From a virus, in the IMG/VR virus record IMGVR_UViG_3300047089_000244, positions 32,001 to 96,000 of that record: a stretch of 64,000 nucleotides of DNA. One strand, 5' to 3'. A program made the translations under genes and the position numbers. A model generated the notes under the pieces. It saw only the letters and a list, made by a program, of their open reading frames with translations. It was not told the origin of the DNA and searched no databases. Positions 57,329 through 64,000 of this stretch are shown one piece after another; within the stretch, counting starts at the first letter, position 1; every line of letters starts with the position of its first letter.

Positions 57329-57709
57329 ATGGATAATCGCCCATCTATGATGCCGGGCAAACGAGTTCGAATCACGAACTCGGCATTGATGCTCTGGGGC
57401 AATAAAGGCTATCTGGTCATGATCGAGCCAAATCGAGATCACGGTCGTGTCAGACTGGATACAGGGCCAACGATTCGTGTGCCGATAGAATGTCTCGTTG
57501 TAGAGGTCCTGGATGGTCCTCTTTACGATGCGGCCAACGACCGCCAATGGACCCTTAAGGCCGCAAAGGGAGTCTGGCAGGTAGAGACGGGAGCAGGTTA
57601 CCCCTATACACTAGGAGAGAAGGTCGTGGTCGTCCCGAAGGCCGCTCTAGAGGCAGAGCATCAGAAAGTCATCGACCTTGAGCGGCGTCTCCTTCTTTAC
57701 GTAGATTAA
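57329..57709 (+). CDS. Hypothetical protein with N-terminal KOW/SH3-like segment
   Basis: TACACT 57315-20; PGKRVRI..G.KG..VRLD. Confidence 0.55.
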   Translation: MDNRPSMMPGKRVRITNSALMLWGNKGYLVMIEPNRDHGRVRLDTGPTIRVPIECLVVEVLDGPLYDAANDRQWTLKAAKGVWQVETGAGYPYTLGEKVVVVPKAALEAEHQKVIDLERRLLLYVD

Positions 57710-60700
57710 TGGTCTTTCAACCCTATCTAGACATCTTCAAGCCGAGCGGGGAGGGGGTAGCCATGTATAGCAGTAAGGAGACTCCTCCCATTCATTACAG
57801 CATGGCTGAATCTAGCTTTATCCATATGCGTGCAGCAGTCCAGCGCGCGATCGATGAAGGCAAAATAACGGAGGCTAACACGTATATAGTCACGATCACA
57901 GGTAGGTTCCCTGTAAAAGCTCGTCAGTTCATAGTCATTAAGCAGAAGGGTACCCTTCAGATCTTTGCACCTACGCCACCAAGTCACGGAGCCTAAGCGC
58001 GTCTTTTCCTTTTGAACACTCGTTTTTCAACTTTGATAAGAGTAACCGATCCTCTTTCGGTACATAGAAGTACTCCTACAAGCATTAGCGCTGCATCTCC
58101 AATCCACACATTATGGAAAACATCGGTAGCGTTGACGAAGACCATTGACAGGACGGCCCAGAATCCCGCCTGCTTGCCGTTAGGGAGTTCGCTCGTAGCA
58201 GTGAGAGATGCGACTTTTGATTTGCGTCGTGATAGTCTCATGATCTATAGTGTAACACAGATCCCATTGTGTACTCGTCCGCCACACTGAGCGTGGCTTC
58301 TGAGTCCTCTATGGGACCCGAGGGAGGACCCGCTATAATGAGCGCATGGAAACTCAGACCCCTGAACGAGCATACGCAGAGGCTCGCAGTATAGGTTGGC
58401 GTCATGAAGTAGCTATGTGGGCTGCCCATGAGATGGTCTGGTATTCGAGGAAGGGATCAGAACGCCCTGCCCGTCCTGTACTGTTTGGACGCATGAACGT
58501 TTTGTCAACTCAGCGCGGCTTGATAAACACGTACTGGCAGGATCATCGATGAGCGCACACACGTCCGGGGGCTGCTATAATGGCAGGCATGGTTAAACGA
58601 TGTGGCAAGTGCGGGTCCCACATGACGCGGATCACGATTCAGAACGCGATCAAAGGGCCGCGCAAAGAGTGGTGGTGCAACCTGTGCAGCAAGCGGAACA
58701 CAGAGATAGCTAAGCGTTTGACTCAAGCGCTGCTCAAAGCTGGTAAGTCGTGGCCTCCCAGTGCAGAGGACTGGGCCTGGGCTTATCGGAAGACGGGCAT
58801 TCGTCCACCGCGTTAGAGGCGGACCTTACAGCATCTCTGTAAGGACCCCGTACGCCGAGGGGTGGTCGATATGGAGAGTCCTCACCATGAGGCTCCAGGA
58901 AAGGACCCGCCCCGTTGACTCCCCGAATAGGGGACCCGCTCTTCTGATACACGGTTCTCCCCATTTGACTTTCCGCGATTTCGATCCCCTATAAAAGCCT
59001 CACAATGGCAGGGAGTTCCCTTAATGACGGACGGTATATCAGATCATGCACTGCTTGACATGTAGCGCCGTGTATGCTAGCTTATATGTATGCGACCAGG
59101 TGATGATCATGATTGGATACTGCTGTTTCTCGTGTGTGTTGTGATACCTGTTGGTTTCATTGCGCTCATGGCTCTTCCAGGTATCATCTTTGGTGAATAA
59201 CAATCTGTGTTCAGTTTGCATGATTCATGGTGAATGTGTCACCAATACAGTGTCACTCACTCCATGTATGTGTATTACCTCATTCACTACTGGCTCTGTA
59301 CTTAGCTCTGCACTTACGCTATTACATTTCACTACAACTACGCCTGAGTGGTGAACGATCGGGAGGGGGTTGGAGAGGCGGATGGAAGCAGTGGACAGGC
59401 ATGAGCGATGATGCTGATAGTACATCGTCTGTGTACTTCCAGGTCATCGACTCATGCAACGGAGACGCACTCGTCGCAGGCGCTCCACAATCAAAGGACA
59501 ACAATTGTTGTGAGTCCTATCTCCACCTGAGCCACTCGTACCTGCGATGCGCAACGAACAGTAGGGACAATCACCATGCTCATCAAGCAACGCATTGCTG
59601 CTGATCTCATAGTTCGATAAGCCCGTGAGATCAACCCTACGTATAGCTGGAAGAAAGTACATGGACTCAAGAATAGCATCTACTGAGTTGAAGCGTGTTG
59701 CCGCTGCTTGCGTGCTATACTCGTGGCATGGATATGCTCCTCTACTTCGCTTTCTTCGTTATCCTCTTCCTGCTATTCCTTGCTGCGTTCTAACCCATGC
59801 TCGTAAACCATATCATCGCGCTTGTCTTTGCCTTTACTCTCACTGCCTTGCTCGCCATCTATCTCATCAAGTCCATGAAACCCTAGACTTATCCCTCATT
59901 GAGTTGGGGCGTATTGCCGCCCCTCTACTCGCACTGGGATCATGAGCGCTGGAGTACCGAGTCTGCGCCAACGCCAAGCGCCGATCAGGTATAGTAATGA
60001 CTCCCATCTGCGCCAGTCGCCCTTGTGACCATCTGCGTATACGATACGATAGAGCATGCCTCCCAGTATAGCATCTGCTATACTAAGCTTATGCCACCGA
60101 TCATCCCAGACGCCAACGGTAAAACCATACGCACGATCATCCAGAACACAGATGGCGAAGGCGCAATCACGATCTCATTCACTGATGGCGAGTACTTGGT
60201 CATTGGTGCCGACCTACGTCTTTTGCGTGAGCCCAAGAGGCCGCTTGGCACTGTCTCTAGCACACCGATGTTTAGCGTGGTACTGGACGCTGTGCTCTCT
60301 TCGCAGCTTCGTTATGATCGACAGGTGAAGTCTACTCTACCTGCGACCACGCTAGTAAGTACTGCTCCTGCAACCTAGCCTGAAGATCCTCGCGCTCGTC
60401 TGGTCTGAGCGTGCTCGCCTCGTGTGCTGCTGGCTTTACCTCATACCATCGCTTGCACTCACACCCGGCCACTAGGCAGCCTTCGGCTGATTTGTACATA
60501 GGCCACTGACCTGAGTGCTGACCAATGGGGTGCTCACAGTCCCAGCACTTGTCATCCTTAACGCTCATGCATCTCATGATACCAGGTTGGCGCGCGACTT
60601 GCCGCCCTCTGCGCTATACTGTGCATTATGCCTGGCCACGACATGATCTTTGTTTCTCGCTTCTACGATTGGGACAATCGGCAATGGGGGTTCAAGTATT

Positions 60701-61025
60701 GGTGTCCAGCCTGCGGCTACCATCGATACATATGGGATTGCTGGTGGCACTTCTGGCGTCCATTATGACTACTGGCGTCTGTATCTTCATTGGACTCGTC
60801 TATGGGTGCTTGGTCGCGTTCCTGTTATGGCTGGCCTATGACCTCGGCGAGGTCTAGTGCTGCTATACTGCAATCTATGAAATCCACCATCTATAATGTT
60901 ATAAGCCTCGCGGCTTTGATCTATGCTGTGATCATCTTTTTGAACATCGCATCGATTAGTCTTCAGACTACGGCTGTTGTTGCGCTTTGTGCCTACAGCA
61001 TAGCGTGCGCAGAGATAGCTCGCCG

Positions 61026-61571
61026 GTGATCACTGACATCGACAACACCTGGCTGATCTCCGATACTCACTTCGGTCATGCCAACATCGAGCGCTTGTGC
61101 AAGCGTCCGCCAGACACCGATACGCTCATGGTTGAGGAATGGACTCGTCTTGTGCCTGCTGACGCTCTGCTCTTGCATTTAGGCGACGTTGCCTACCGTG
61201 CAGACTTCCCGGCATGGGAGACCATCATTGCTGCGCTCCCTGGTAACAAGCATCTCATCTTGGGCAACCACGATAAGCAGCCCACTGAGTACTACGAGCG
61301 TTGTGGCTTCAAGGTCGTGCCGTCCTTCACGCATATGTACGACAGATCGACGCTCGGTATGGTGGTCCTTACCTTCGATCACTATCCACGAGAGAACGCA
61401 GCTATGTCACACCAACTGTATATCCACGGCCACATTCACAACAGCGGCTACGGTTGGGGACCGGACACTACTGGCTCACCCGCTCGTGTTGGCCATGTCA
61501 ACCTAAGCGTAGAGGTGACGAAGTATCGCCCTGTGAATCTAGGTACATTGCTGCGCGCTTACTTCTCATAG
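61026..61571 (+). CDS. Calcineurin-like phosphoesterase (second family)
   Basis: SDTHFGH, HLGD, GNHD, DHYP and IHGHIH motifs. Confidence 0.9.
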   Translation: MITDIDNTWLISDTHFGHANIERLCKRPPDTDTLMVEEWTRLVPADALLLHLGDVAYRADFPAWETIIAALPGNKHLILGNHDKQPTEYYERCGFKVVPSFTHMYDRSTLGMVVLTFDHYPRENAAMSHQLYIHGHIHNSGYGWGPDTTGSPARVGHVNLSVEVTKYRPVNLGTLLRAYFS

Positions 61572-62197
61572 CCACTGTTCACGGGGGATCTCGCATACGG
61601 CCACAATATCGGCCTCAAGGATCTCGATCTTGTGCTCACCCACACCATACTTCATGATATAGCCACCGGCTGTGTTGTACCTGTCAAGGAATCGATCCAC
61701 CATCAGAGTGCGCAGTGTTCCGTCATCCATGTAGGTGATCAATTTCATTAGGGGCACGCACTCTTTGGTGCGTTGTTCCTCATTGGTCATAGACACCACG
61801 GTGCTCTTCCCATGGATCACTCTCTAACAGTTCAGCGTCGATGAGATCCTTCATGCGCTTGATTTTCTCGCGTACATGTTCATCGCTATCTTCGTAACTA
61901 TCCACACAGAAGTAGCCATCGCTATCCCTGATGATGGTGTAGTAGATCATAGGCCAACCTCCCAGGCATTCTTCCCTGCGGCATTCGATCGTGTGGCCCT
62001 TGTGTTTGGCGTTCATGCGTCTAGATCCCACGGGTTAGGGATGCACTGAACAAGGATAGGCGTTGTGCCCGCTGTGCATCTCTCACGATCACAGCACCAG
62101 CCCTGCTCGGTCTTGTGGAGCGTACGGAACGTGTTGGCGTTGCGCCCACAGCAATGGCATGTGTGTTGGCGCTCGTGTGTTGCCCATCTGAAGCCGT

Positions 62198-62470
62198 TCA
62201 TGATCCGACGTTGATCTCCTCACGCGGCGTGCCACCAATGGTGTGCGTCTCGGGATAGGCGGCTGGGGCGTCCCTCCACTCCTTGTCTTCTCTCGCCCAT
62301 AGCTGTTGCAGTGTGTCGCCTGGCCTCATTGCTTCTAGCATCTCATCGCCATCGCTGCTTTCGCCCCATAGCTCACCGTCTGGGTCTATGACTCGCCACC
62401 AGCGCGTTTGATACCATTGGCCGCTGGCCTGCTGTTCGATCATCTCGGCTGTTGTAGTCTTTGATCTCAT
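62198..62470 (-). CDS. Hypothetical protein, paralog A
   Basis: WYQTRWWRVIDPDGELWGESSD..MRPGDTLQ. Confidence 0.65.
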   Translation of the reverse strand: MRSKTTTAEMIEQQASGQWYQTRWWRVIDPDGELWGESSDGDEMLEAMRPGDTLQQLWAREDKEWRDAPAAYPETHTIGGTPREEINVGS

Positions 62471-62677
62471 TGCGTGCCTCCTACGCCCATTGCATCAGCA
62501 CACTCTAGCCACGCATCCATTTCCTTGAGCGTGTACGGCCCATAGGGCAATGGCGCAAAGACCAAGAAGATGCCGCGCTCGGGCTCGACCCATTTGTCAA
62601 CGAAGCCATGCTCTTGGATCTCATCGAGGCGTTTGCGCATCTGTTTGAGTGTACGCCTCATCGACATCGCCGCCATA

Positions 62678-62905
62678 TCATGCCTCAGTCTCTCTATACA
62701 TCTTAGCAATTCTCAAAGCTTGATCATCAAGCTCACACTCTGCGTCTCTCCATTCTCTGTCCTGTCTCCCCCAAAGCAATTGTAGCGTGTCGCCAGGGCG
62801 CATAGCTTCTTCCATCTCTTGCCGGTCACTGCTCTCGCCCCACAACGAGCCATCGGACGCTATGACACGCCACCAACGTGTTGGATACCAACCATCACCC
62901 ATCAT
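62678..62905 (-). CDS. Hypothetical protein, paralog B
   Basis: WYPTRWWRVIASDGSLWGESSD..MRPGDTLQ. Confidence 0.65.
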   Translation of the reverse strand: MMGDGWYPTRWWRVIASDGSLWGESSDRQEMEEAMRPGDTLQLLWGRQDREWRDAECELDDQALRIAKMYRETEA

Positions 62906-63399
62906 AGTTGATTTGCTCAGTTAAGTTAGCGATCATTTGATCTCCCATGATGTGAACTGATGCAAAGGATGTGCTCGCCTGCAAGATGCGCATGACCCGT
63001 ACACATAAATGATGTCTCAACGGTCTCGGGCTTATCGCCGCGAGCAGTGCGTGTAAGATTGCGCAGAAAGTTCAAGCGATCAAGATAGGTGAGGTCGAGA
63101 TGCAAAGGCACAGAGCGCTCTTCCTCTATACGCTTGTGCGAAACGAATCCCTCATCATCGCACATGCGCATCTCCAATGTGTACTTATCGTTCATTTTCC
63201 TCACCAGGGAACATACCGTTATGATAGCGCTTGCTTGGCGGTAGCACTGCACTGCGATACTCACGCCAACTGATCTGTGTGTCGTGGCAGGGTAGCGGCA
63301 CGAGCGTCCAATGACCCGGCAGATACTCAGGCTGATAGAAGCTCATGCCATAGTTGAGCGCGCACCATTGTCTCCATGTCATACCTCTGTAAAGTGTAA

Positions 63400-63804
63400 T
63401 CATAGCCCTGCCTTGATTCGTATTAATCCCTCCGACTCGCCATGATAGCCCTGCCACCTATAACGCTCTCTGGTCACATACAAATCTTGTCCGCAGGCAT
63501 CGGCTGCTGCTACGATTGCCGCCTGACTGACAGTGAAGTCGATGTCGCCCCACCAAACCTGACGAAAGTATGATCTTCGTCGTAGAAAGAGCGCGCGCTC
63601 TTTTACGAAGATGCAGGCATTGAAGAACACCAGGTGATCAGGATGCTGTTCACTGTAGAACGACTTGCTACCGCTGATCATCCTGCCTTGATGCAAGCCT
63701 TGATCCTCAAGTGCTTGACCTATGGCTCCTGCCTGTGCCTCGATGCGAGCACCGGCATAGAAGTGATGAGTGAAAAAATTGCTCATCTCTTGAACGCCTT
63801 CCAT
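63400..63804 (-). CDS. Phage hypothetical protein
   Basis: GRMISGSKSFY..VFFNACI..WWGDID motif. Confidence 0.65.
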   Translation of the reverse strand: MEGVQEMSNFFTHHFYAGARIEAQAGAIGQALEDQGLHQGRMISGSKSFYSEQHPDHLVFFNACIFVKERALFLRRRSYFRQVWWGDIDFTVSQAAIVAAADACGQDLYVTRERYRWQGYHGESEGLIRIKAGL

Positions 63805-64000
63805 ACACTTTGTCGCTTAGGACGCGTATGTGACGCATTGCACTTTACACAGTATGTCACTTCCCACTCGCCCTTGGGATTACCTGGCGATGGCACTCGC
63901 TTTGATAAGAGCTTCCATGGCCCGTAGACATGCTTATCTGGATGACAGAACTTGAACATGGACTCAGTATAGCAACCAACAGGTTATCGGTATACAAGCA

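Noticed and set aside
58310-59030. Recurrent GGACCC hexamers and a poorly coding stretch as origin or genome terminus
   Set aside because: The hexamers are short and irregularly spaced, with no AT-rich unwinding element or terminal repeat demonstrable from this window.
62198-62905. Diversity-generating retroelement TR/VR pair
   Set aside because: Differences between the copies are not adenine-specific, both copies are coding, and no reverse transcriptase is present in the window.
1-64000. tRNA genes or CRISPR array
   Set aside because: GTTCGA-like strings fall inside ORFs without cloverleaf arms, and no regularly spaced direct repeats were seen by eye. tRNAscan-SE or a CRISPR finder should confirm.

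Overview
A 64-kb fragment of a large contractile-tailed (myovirus-type) dsDNA phage. The major capsid, tail tube and sheath, and head protease resemble, from memory, those of the Bxz1/cluster C mycobacteriophage–Rhodococcus E3 lineage. A secreted protein with an 'AQKL..ALKKC..K.KR..CER.AKK' tail and an RlpA-like gene point to a Solirubrobacterales (Thermoleophilia) host. Structural genes lie mostly on the minus strand in several blocks (1-5.2, 8.4-24.4, 37-49.5 kb). These are interleaved with plus-strand islands of small genes, including nicotinamidase, dCTP deaminase, MazG-like protein, UvrD-like helicase, a GGQ release-factor domain, a TrpC-like barrel and metallophosphoesterases. Main observations: (i) a set of late 'polyprotein' head-cargo genes whose modules are separated by [KRH]-x-A motifs and that carry an ADP-ribosyltransferase-like domain, an OGG-like glycosylase and an unrecognised repeated W-x-PG-x-x-GKG..HTW..HP..DPRL domain; (ii) two promoter classes, both apparently making leaderless mRNAs, one sigmaA-like TAnnnT and one candidate late motif NWC-N6/7-RTAA; (iii) two promoter-to-terminator non-coding RNAs sharing CUGAGUCG..CGACA; (iv) strong Glu/Lys-over-Asp/Arg bias in exposed virion proteins; (v) probable ATT/ATA starts. 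No tRNA, CRISPR array, integrase or reverse transcriptase was seen. All family assignments come from motif recognition, not database searches.
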